Shown piece after piece: positions 29,446 through 37,077 of a DNA stretch of 64,000 bases. The notes below the pieces were generated by a model. It was given only the letters and a program-made list of their open reading frames with translations, was not told the DNA's origin and did not search any database. Positions within the stretch are counted from its first letter, which is position 1. The number at the start of each line of letters is the position of its first letter. The translations under genes and the position numbers were made by a program. This DNA is from Acidimicrobiia bacterium (GTDB lineage Bacteria > Actinomycetota > Acidimicrobiia > Spongiisociales > UBA5794), in contig JBFIXI010000003.1 in the NCBI GenBank assembly GCA_041605955.1, positions 22,988-86,987 of the forward strand, read 5' to 3'.

Positions 29446-30765
29446 ATGGCGAAGCAGGACTCTTACAGCAGCCAAGGCGATGGCGAGGTGACCGACAGCA
29501 CCGAGGCCGGAAAGGTCAGAGCTCGGCTCGAGGACATCAAGCGTCGCGGTGGGCGGGCCGAGTACGCGTTCACTCCTGGCGACGAGCTGACCGGGCGACC
29601 CCCCGTCTTCTACGTGCCGGATCAGCTGGTGACCACGCTGGAGCACGCCAACCTGGTGCATCGGCTGCTGGAGGAATGGCACGGCAAGTGTGGAGGCCCC
29701 CGACCGCTGGTGGAGTACGACAACGAACTGGTCGCGTTCACCGTCGAGGGCGACTCGCTGCATGTGGCCACCGCGATCAAGCAGGCTGCGGCCAAGCTCC
29801 CCGATGCCCCTCGGGAGCTCCCCGTGGGCCCGCTTCACATCTTGACCCCGGCACCTCAGCCGAAGATCGGTCCCGGGGACGATCCGGCCCCGGCATCGGC
29901 TCGGGAACGACTGAGGACCGGGCCCGCGGTCGGTGCGGCTGCCCCAGTTGCCGTGGTCGACACTGGACTATGGCTGGATCCCCGCCACGGCCTCACGGCA
30001 ACCGTCGCTCCCGGCGGTGAGGAGCGCATCGACGACAATCCCCAGGACGGGTTCGTCGACTTCTACGGCTCGGGCCACGGCGGCTTCATCGCCGGGGTCG
30101 TCGAGAACAATGCGCCGGGCGCTGCGGTGATTGTCCGCAACGCGTTTGGCCCGAGCGGGATCACGGAACAGACCGTGATCAACGAGGTCGACGCCGCCTT
30201 GGCCACCAGCGATATGGTGGTGGTGAATCTGTCCTTGGGCAGCTACGAGAAAGACGATGGCTGCGATCGCGTTGAGTTGGTGGCGCTGCGGACCGCCATG
30301 CGTCGATGGCGGGATAAGCGGCCCGGGTGTCTGCTGGTGGCCGCCGCCGGTAACGACGCCACCCCACACCCGTTCTTTCCGGCGGGATTCGCCGCCGAGC
30401 CCGAGTTCGCCGCAATGGTGGTGAGCGTGGGTGCGTTAGGCCGCCCTGCGGACAAGGTGGGAATCCACAGCGCAGCGGCCGCGTTCAGCAACTTTGGGCC
30501 TTGGGTCACCGCCTGGGCACCGGGTGAGCACATCGTCAGCGAGTATCCGGACGACATGAAGTTCGCCTACATGGATGGAGGCGGCAACGTCGCCGGCACC
30601 GCCACGTTCACCGACGGCTTGGCTCGCTGGTCCGGGACGTCGTTCGCTGCGCCGTTCGTCGCCGCCGAGATCATCCGCGAGATGCGCAACGGCGAATCTC
30701 CCCGGGAGACCTGGCAACGTATCCGTGGCTCCAGCCCATTCGTGATCTTCTGGCCTAGCTGGTAA
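29446..30765 (+). CDS. S8 subtilisin-like serine peptidase, no signal peptide
   Basis: Triad VVDTG / GHGGFIAG / SGTSFAAP; VNLSLG; oxyanion AAAGN; hydrophilic N-terminus; GAGGAGG RBS. Confidence 0.93.
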   Translation: MAKQDSYSSQGDGEVTDSTEAGKVRARLEDIKRRGGRAEYAFTPGDELTGRPPVFYVPDQLVTTLEHANLVHRLLEEWHGKCGGPRPLVEYDNELVAFTVEGDSLHVATAIKQAAAKLPDAPRELPVGPLHILTPAPQPKIGPGDDPAPASARERLRTGPAVGAAAPVAVVDTGLWLDPRHGLTATVAPGGEERIDDNPQDGFVDFYGSGHGGFIAGVVENNAPGAAVIVRNAFGPSGITEQTVINEVDAALATSDMVVVNLSLGSYEKDDGCDRVELVALRTAMRRWRDKRPGCLLVAAAGNDATPHPFFPAGFAAEPEFAAMVVSVGALGRPADKVGIHSAAAAFSNFGPWVTAWAPGEHIVSEYPDDMKFAYMDGGGNVAGTATFTDGLARWSGTSFAAPFVAAEIIREMRNGESPRETWQRIRGSSPFVIFWPSW

Positions 30766-30803
30766 CGGCCCAGAACAACGAGGCTGCCGCGCGGTCGGCG
30801 AAT

Positions 30804-30833
30804 TCGCGTATCAGGCCCAGTGCCCGGCCCTCT
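30804..30833 (+). promoter_or_regulatory. Putative ECF promoter upstream of fasciclin-OmpA gene
   Basis: TCGCGTATC-N17-CTCT, same spacing as motif upstream of the sigma gene. Confidence 0.5.
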
Positions 30834-30967
30834 TGTGAGCGAGAGACGACCCAGCGCGGGCCTGAGGGGTGGGCGTCATCACAGGGGGTGTGCAGGAGGG
30901 CCATCTCAGGCCCTCCTGCACGCGCGCTATCTTGCGGCCGTACTCGACCGAAAGTGGCCGCCCCCTC

Positions 30968-32386
30968 ATGCTGGAACGTTGGAGAGATTGGCTGAGCGAA
31001 TCCGCTCCGGCCGACCAGCCAGCAGAAGACAGCGAGCGCGGTTGGGGGCTGTCGCTGTGGTGGGGAGCCGTCATCGTGGCCCTCTTCACCGTGGCGATCA
31101 CCCTGTGCAACGACCCGGGCGACCTCGACGATGCGCTGGCGGCGCCGACTACGACCGGCGTCACCCCGACGCCGACGGTGGCTCCCGATGCGCCCACCCT
31201 TCCCGACTTGATCGCCGCCCAGCCGGAGCTGTTCTTCTTCCGCTCTCTGATCGACACGGCGGGGATCGCGGAGATACTCGCCACCGGAGGCGAGTTCACG
31301 TTCTTCGCACCAACCGATGCGGCCTTTGCGGAGCTGCCCGATGACATCCTCGAGCGGTTGATAGCGGATGCAGACCTGGCGAATCAGGTACTGCAGCGGC
31401 ATGCCACGTTCGGCCGCCGCCCCGCTGCCGACCTGATCGCTGCCGCGACTGCCTCCACAGTCAGCGGACAGCCCGTGACAATCACCCAAGCCGACGGCAC
31501 TGTCTTCATCGACGACGTCGCGGTCATCGAGGCCGACATCTTGGCCATGAACGGCGTGCTCCACATCATCGACGGGTTGCTCGGGGCGCCCACCACCGAT
31601 CCGAGCGACCAGCCCCCGCTCCTCCCGGCGCTGGGCGAGATCCTGCAGTCCCGTGGCGACCTGTCGACGCTGCGGCAAGCGCTAGGCGCAGTCGAGGGAG
31701 ACCTGTTCGGTGCACCCGACGCCCAATTCACGGTGTTCGCTCCTACCGACACCGCCTTTGCGGCCTTGCCCGCAGGAACGTTGGAGGTGTTGGTCGCCAC
31801 CGAAGGCAGGATGTTCGAAGTGCTGGGCTACCACATCGTGGCGGACACGATCTTGGCGGCCGATCTCGCAGACGGCGACGTGCTGGTGACAACGACCGGC
31901 GCAGAGCTTCCGGTCGCGATTGCGGACGGCGAGATCACCGTGGGCGGCGTGGTGGTGCGCGAGGCCGACCTGATTGGAGCCAACGGGGCGATCCACATCG
32001 TTGACGAAGTGCTCCTCCCACCGGGCTTCGAAATCCCGACGATCAATGAAGCGCTCGATCTAGCGCCGATCACTTTCGAAACCGGAAGTGCGGTCATCAC
32101 CGCCGCCGGGGTCGAGGTGCTCCGGGACGCAGTCGATTTCCTCGCTGCCAACCCCCAGATCCGAGTTGCCGTCGAAGGCCACACCGACTCGCAGGGCGGC
32201 GAGGCGGCCAATCAGGCGCTGAGTGAGTCGCGGGCGGAGTCGGTGCTCGCCTTCCTGGTGGCGGAGGGCATCGCCGCCGATCGGCTGGAGACGATCGGCT
32301 TCGGCGAGACCCGGCCGATTGCCGACAACGCCACCGCAGAGGGCAGGGCCCAGAATCGCCGCATCGAGTTCCGGCTGCTGGGCTAA
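30968..32386 (+). CDS. Membrane-anchored 2x fasciclin (FAS1) plus OmpA-like peptidoglycan-binding domain protein
   Basis: TM anchor; two FT(F/V)FAPTD.AF...NG..HI.D..L domains; EGHTDSQG...NQALSESRA...NRRIEF. Confidence 0.9.
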   Translation: MLERWRDWLSESAPADQPAEDSERGWGLSLWWGAVIVALFTVAITLCNDPGDLDDALAAPTTTGVTPTPTVAPDAPTLPDLIAAQPELFFFRSLIDTAGIAEILATGGEFTFFAPTDAAFAELPDDILERLIADADLANQVLQRHATFGRRPAADLIAAATASTVSGQPVTITQADGTVFIDDVAVIEADILAMNGVLHIIDGLLGAPTTDPSDQPPLLPALGEILQSRGDLSTLRQALGAVEGDLFGAPDAQFTVFAPTDTAFAALPAGTLEVLVATEGRMFEVLGYHIVADTILAADLADGDVLVTTTGAELPVAIADGEITVGGVVVREADLIGANGAIHIVDEVLLPPGFEIPTINEALDLAPITFETGSAVITAAGVEVLRDAVDFLAANPQIRVAVEGHTDSQGGEAANQALSESRAESVLAFLVAEGIAADRLETIGFGETRPIADNATAEGRAQNRRIEFRLLG

Positions 32387-32400
32387 GCCGCGGCCGGCCC

Positions 32401-34044
32401 CTAGGAATTCGGCACCAACACGTCAATCAGAACTCCCAGATCGACGTCGAACCGCAACACTGCGACCTCGCGATCGCCGCCCGTCTCGCCGGTCTCCACG
32501 AGCGCCAGCAGGCTCGGCCCGGCGGGTGCGAATTCCGTGTCGTATATCGAAGCCCGGGGCACATCGGCGCCACTCAGCAGCGGGTTGGCGGGGTGGCGGG
32601 CCCATTCGAGGCCGTTGCGGGACACGGCCAGGCCACGGCGGCTCGGCGTGGCGGCCGCGAAGAACATGGCGAATCCGTTGGGGGCGGCCACTAGGTCGAC
32701 CGAGCTGACGCCCCCCCGCTCCCACTCGTCGGCTGCCACCAACACGGGGCCGGGACGCACTTGCCAGGAGGCGCCGGAGCTCGACTGGGCCAAGCCCACG
32801 GCGCCACCCTCTTGATCGCCATGGCCGACGAAGACCATCACCAGGCCTTCGTCGGTGGCTATGACCGCCGGCGACACGACACGTCTCGACATCCACGGAA
32901 GTCCGGGCTCGGGCCGCAAGATCGGCTCCGCATCGAATACCCAGACGCCTTCGGGATCGCTCGCTACTGCTCGCCCGATGCTGCTGCGCGCCTCGTCCGT
33001 TGCCCGGTCGAGCCACGAGATCTCGAAGAACAGCTGCCACCTTCCCTCGCGATCGACTATCAAGCTGCGCGGCACGGCCTGATCGAGCTCGCGGGGCGCC
33101 CAAGGAGCCTCAGCCAAATCGAGCACGGGTTGCGCCGCCCCCTGCCTCCACACCACTCCGTCGTCGGACACTGCGTACGCCACATTGGCGACCGCATCCC
33201 CGTAGGCAGCGGACAGCATGTGGAACCGATTCTCGTGAACCGTCACGCCGCCCGGGCCGGCGTAGCGATGCCGGTCGGGAAACGTCTCGGGGGTGATTGC
33301 CCGGGGGTTGAGCAACTCCGCAGACAGCGGCGGCACCGGCGCCCGACTCGTCGAGATTGCTGGTTCGCCGGGGGGAACAGTCGTTGGGGTACGGCTTCCC
33401 AGCCCGGCCAACCCGGCGACGAGAACCAGAGCGCTGATCACTGCCGCCGCCGCCACCCAGGGCGGTCGCGGCGGGCGCGTCGCCACGGTGTCGGCATTGG
33501 GCGTGAGCTCGGATAGGTCAGGGGCAGCCGCATCCAGGACTTCGGCGTAGGCCGCCAATTGATCGCCAACTGAGCGCCCCGGAACAGCTTCGTCGCCGAG
33601 GCCCGACCCGAGCTGCGCCAATACCTGGTCGAGCAGCGGTGGCATCGCGGCGGCTTCGATGCCCAGCAGTGCCGCTACTTCGCTGTCGGCCCACCGGTAC
33701 CCGGCCCCCAGGATTACGGCTACGCGCTGCTTGCGGGACAGGCTCTCGAGTACGCTCGGCAGCGCCGGCTCGATCCACGGCGCCGCCGCCGGCGGCACCT
33801 CAGGGAGCCTCAGCCGACGGCGGCGACGCCGCCGAGACTTGCGTATCCCCAACCGATACAGCGCCGGGGTGGGAGCGGACATCGAGCTAATCCGATGGGA
33901 ACGCTCCAGCGCGTGCGTCAGAGCAGCGGCGGTCGCCGCGGCGCCGATCTCGGGCCCAAGGGCGGCGATCAGTGCCCGCCGCAGCCGTTCGCCCACTTGG
34001 GTTCCGAACCTGTTGGCGGTGCCGTCCGGCGTGGGTCCCGTCAC
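32401..34044 (-). CDS. Fusion: degenerate ECF-sigma-like N-terminus, TM, beta-propeller glycosidase-like domain
   Basis: RLRRALIAA.G, LYRLG, LSRKQRVAVIL...SEVAALLGI; TM WVAAAAVISALVLVAGLAGLG; repeated A.S.DG..W....P.L blades. Confidence 0.7.
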   Translation of the reverse strand: MTGPTPDGTANRFGTQVGERLRRALIAALGPEIGAAATAAALTHALERSHRISSMSAPTPALYRLGIRKSRRRRRRRLRLPEVPPAAAPWIEPALPSVLESLSRKQRVAVILGAGYRWADSEVAALLGIEAAAMPPLLDQVLAQLGSGLGDEAVPGRSVGDQLAAYAEVLDAAAPDLSELTPNADTVATRPPRPPWVAAAAVISALVLVAGLAGLGSRTPTTVPPGEPAISTSRAPVPPLSAELLNPRAITPETFPDRHRYAGPGGVTVHENRFHMLSAAYGDAVANVAYAVSDDGVVWRQGAAQPVLDLAEAPWAPRELDQAVPRSLIVDREGRWQLFFEISWLDRATDEARSSIGRAVASDPEGVWVFDAEPILRPEPGLPWMSRRVVSPAVIATDEGLVMVFVGHGDQEGGAVGLAQSSSGASWQVRPGPVLVAADEWERGGVSSVDLVAAPNGFAMFFAAATPSRRGLAVSRNGLEWARHPANPLLSGADVPRASIYDTEFAPAGPSLLALVETGETGGDREVAVLRFDVDLGVLIDVLVPNS

Positions 34045-34117
34045 AGGTCGTCACCCCAGACGGCGGCGGGACGCACTGCGCTCCCGCTGGACGAGGAAGC
34101 CTCCGGGCCGTGGCCGC

Positions 34118-35632
34118 TCAGCTTCCGATGCCTACAGCCGACCACAGCAGCGTGTCGGGATGGAACTGCGACCAAGCGAACCAGAAGGCCTCATGCGAAG
34201 CCAGCGGCGTTCCATCGCTCAGGAAAGCCACGAATCCGCCGGCGTCAGGGAATATCGTCACCCCGCCATATTCGACCGTGTCGGCGAAGGCGAGGACACT
34301 GCGCAGGTCGTCGACGGGAAAGGCCACCGGGACTCCGTCGGGAGTGATGACGCCGACCACCGCGGACTGGACGGGTAGGCGGGGATCGACATTGCCGATG
34401 GGAAAGATCGGGCCGGCATCGTCCCGGCCGCGGAGGGGATCGAGGCTATACACGCGTCCGATGCCACCATCCTCGGCCACGATGGTGGTGTCCGGATGAG
34501 CCGCCTTCCACTCGCCCCAAGTGCTCGTGATCACCGTCGCCTGCTCCAGAACGATCCCCGCTTCGCGCAGCGGGCCGCTCACCGCGGCGCCGGTGAAGGT
34601 GTCGAAGATGCTGAAAGTGTTGAGGTCGTACATGACCTTGTTCGAGCGAGTCAGCAGACCCGAGGTGCGGAGCACTGGAATCGCCACGTCGGCCGACACC
34701 GAATCGGTGAAGTAGACCTGCGCCGAGCCGCACAGCGTGCAGTACGGAATCCCCAACCGGCGTCCCCCCAGGGTGTCGTTGACCATCTCATGGACCTCCA
34801 TGTGATGTTTGGGATAGGCCCGGGCTTCCCCGTTGATCACGACGCCGAACACGATCCGCTCATCCGGATACCAGCTGCCGCCGGCGGCGTCGGTCACGGC
34901 GGGATCGTCGAGGGCGGGGATACATCCGCGTGGGCAGCGGAGCTGGTCGCCGAGGGACCGATCGTCGATGAGGACCCCTCCCCACGACATATGCCGCCAG
35001 TCGATGTCGGCTTCCAGATCGTCGAAGAACGGCTGCCAGGCCGGCTCGATGATCGTGAACAGCTCGCCTTTGTACTGCTGATAGCCGGGATGGGCGGGGA
35101 GGTCCCAGGCGATCAGGTGGTCGGTCACCGACTGCCACGGGCTGCGCTGCGCCACCGGGTCGGTGCCGAGGTCGGCCCCGGTGAGCATCGCGAAGCTCTG
35201 CAACAGGCCGAGATTGACCGGGCCCGTCTGAATGAAACGCAGCAAGTCGGCCAACAGCCACCCCAAGCGGGGGTCACCGCTGCCGCCCAGCGCCTCGATG
35301 GCCGCGACGTCGATCGAGGTGGCGGTGAGGCTGGCCCACAGCGCATCTAGATCGATCCTCACTTCGGGTGCCAGCTCCCCGGTGTTGGCAACGGCCGGCG
35401 CCGCCGGAAACACGTAGCCGAGCTGGTTGCGTAGTTGGCCGTCGCTGGGAGGCAGTGTGGATGCCACCGGCGTCGTCGGGTCCACGGTGGTCGCGGTGGT
35501 GGCCGGAGCCGCGCTGCTCGTGCCGGCGCCGGGACTATCCGTCGCAGGGGAAGTCGTGGTGTCTTCGCTCGTGGTGGTGCATGCCGTCGCGACGAGGGCC
35601 AAGAGCAGCGCCACCCGAACCGCAACATGCAT
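34118..35632 (-). CDS. DUF3179-like lipoprotein
   Basis: Lipobox LVATAC, Thr/Ser linker, IPALDDP, RAYP..HEMVND.LGG, YCTLCGS, TSGLL.RSNKVMYD, FWFAW..FHPDT. Confidence 0.8.
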   Translation of the reverse strand: MHVAVRVALLLALVATACTTTSEDTTTSPATDSPGAGTSSAAPATTATTVDPTTPVASTLPPSDGQLRNQLGYVFPAAPAVANTGELAPEVRIDLDALWASLTATSIDVAAIEALGGSGDPRLGWLLADLLRFIQTGPVNLGLLQSFAMLTGADLGTDPVAQRSPWQSVTDHLIAWDLPAHPGYQQYKGELFTIIEPAWQPFFDDLEADIDWRHMSWGGVLIDDRSLGDQLRCPRGCIPALDDPAVTDAAGGSWYPDERIVFGVVINGEARAYPKHHMEVHEMVNDTLGGRRLGIPYCTLCGSAQVYFTDSVSADVAIPVLRTSGLLTRSNKVMYDLNTFSIFDTFTGAAVSGPLREAGIVLEQATVITSTWGEWKAAHPDTTIVAEDGGIGRVYSLDPLRGRDDAGPIFPIGNVDPRLPVQSAVVGVITPDGVPVAFPVDDLRSVLAFADTVEYGGVTIFPDAGGFVAFLSDGTPLASHEAFWFAWSQFHPDTLLWSAVGIGS

Positions 35633-35830
35633 AACGCCAGCCTAAGCCGCCAACGGAATAGGAGCGACGGCCAGCCCGGGGTGGGGTTATTCGGAGCGCG
35701 GGGGCACAGGTCTCAAGCTGTGATTTGGATCTGGTCACCTCGGCCGAGTTCCTCCACAGCGCGGTCGCCCAACGCGTGTCCGTCGCGCCGGCCGCGTAGC
35801 TGAGATCGCTGAGGTGGGACGGCGGGGCGC

Positions 35831-36280
35831 TCACTGTTTGGCGGAGTGAGCGGCGACGGCCTCAGCGACGAAGTCGTCGACCGGCAAGGCGGCGACAGCG
35901 TCGCCGATCACATCGAATGGCACGTCGTCGAGTTTGCGAAACCGGACACAAGATTGTCCGACGTCGAGGCGTTTCCCGGTTGCCTTGTAGGCATCGAGGA
36001 ATCCTTCTCTCCTTCCTGAGTCTTGATAGATCCCACTCAAATAGACCGCGAAATGGTTCTTCTGCGACGCCAGGGCGGCGTACATCAGCGGCTTCCCGTT
36101 GTAGGTGTCGGCATAGGTCTCGAGAGGAACCTCGTACGTGATCATCCCGAAGTTCATGCCTTCCTCATAGCCGTCCGGGAGACGCTCGAGGATCAACTTG
36201 CGCAACTCGCTGAGCGCCTCGAATCGATCCTCGGGTAGCTGGGCTAGATATTCCTCCGGCGTCGTTGCATCGCTTCTCAT
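35831..36280 (-). CDS. DUF1801-like protein
   Basis: EEYLAQLPEDR, LPDGYEEGM.FGMI.Y.VP, LASQKN, GQSCVRF. Confidence 0.82.
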   Translation of the reverse strand: MRSDATTPEEYLAQLPEDRFEALSELRKLILERLPDGYEEGMNFGMITYEVPLETYADTYNGKPLMYAALASQKNHFAVYLSGIYQDSGRREGFLDAYKATGKRLDVGQSCVRFRKLDDVPFDVIGDAVAALPVDDFVAEAVAAHSAKQ

Positions 36281-36340
36281 ATTGTCCTCCACCCCGCATG
36301 CGCGATTGGCTTACGCTGCCGATCCCCCGATCGTAGATAG

Positions 36341-36393
36341 CCCAGCCACACACAACCCAGCCACACACAACCCAGCCACAGACAACCCAGCCA
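36341..36393. repeat. 15-nt tandem repeat x3.5 in divergent intergenic region
   Basis: CCCAGCCACACACAA x2, CCCAGCCACAGACAA, CCCAGCCA; ends just before AGGAGG RBS. Confidence 0.95.
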
Positions 36394-36407
36394 TCAGGAG
36401 GACGACC

Positions 36408-37055
36408 TTGCCACTCATCGACCTCAGCCACGAGATCCATGACGGGCTCGTCACCTATCCGGGTCTGGCGCCGCCATCGATCACTCCGGAGATGTCCTTC
36501 GACGCCAGCCGAGCCAGCTACGCCGAGGGGTACGAGTTCCAGATCGATCGCATCGACATGATCGCCAACACCGGCACGTACCTCGACACCCCGGCGCATC
36601 GCTTCCGTGACGGCTGGGACCTGGCAGGTTTGAAGCTCGAGCAGGTGGCCGGCGTCCCGCTCGTAGTCATCGCGGTCACAGCCACCACCATCGGCGAAGC
36701 CACACTGACCGGAATCGATGTTGCCGGCAAGGCCGTCCTCTTCCATACGGGTTGGAGCCGGCACTGGGCCACCCCCGGCTACGGCGTGGGTCATCCCCAC
36801 CTCGCCGTAGCCACCGCAGAGGCGCTGGTTGCGAAGGGCGTGGTGCTCGTCGGCATCGATTCGCTCAATGTCGACTCCACCGTCGACGGCACCCGCCCAA
36901 TCCACACGATGTTGCTCCAGGCCGGCATCCCAGTCCTGGAACACCTCACCAATCTCGAGCAGGTGCCGGCATTGGGTGCCCGGCTGTTTGCCGTCCCTCC
37001 CCGGGTCCGCGGCATGGGATCGTTCCCGGTCCGGGCTTTCTGCCTCGTGGAGTGA
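36408..37055 (+). CDS. Cyclase / kynurenine formamidase-like protein
   Basis: IDLSH, NTGTYLDTPAH, VLFHTGW, VGIDS, EHLTNL, SFPVRA; TTG start after AGGAGG. Confidence 0.88.
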   Translation: MPLIDLSHEIHDGLVTYPGLAPPSITPEMSFDASRASYAEGYEFQIDRIDMIANTGTYLDTPAHRFRDGWDLAGLKLEQVAGVPLVVIAVTATTIGEATLTGIDVAGKAVLFHTGWSRHWATPGYGVGHPHLAVATAEALVAKGVVLVGIDSLNVDSTVDGTRPIHTMLLQAGIPVLEHLTNLEQVPALGARLFAVPPRVRGMGSFPVRAFCLVE

Positions 37056-37077
37056 CTCGCCCGCCGGTCCGTATGGC

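Noticed and set aside
34118-35632. Selenoprotein version of DUF3179
   Set aside because: ORF is uninterrupted and the redox motif is Cys-encoded
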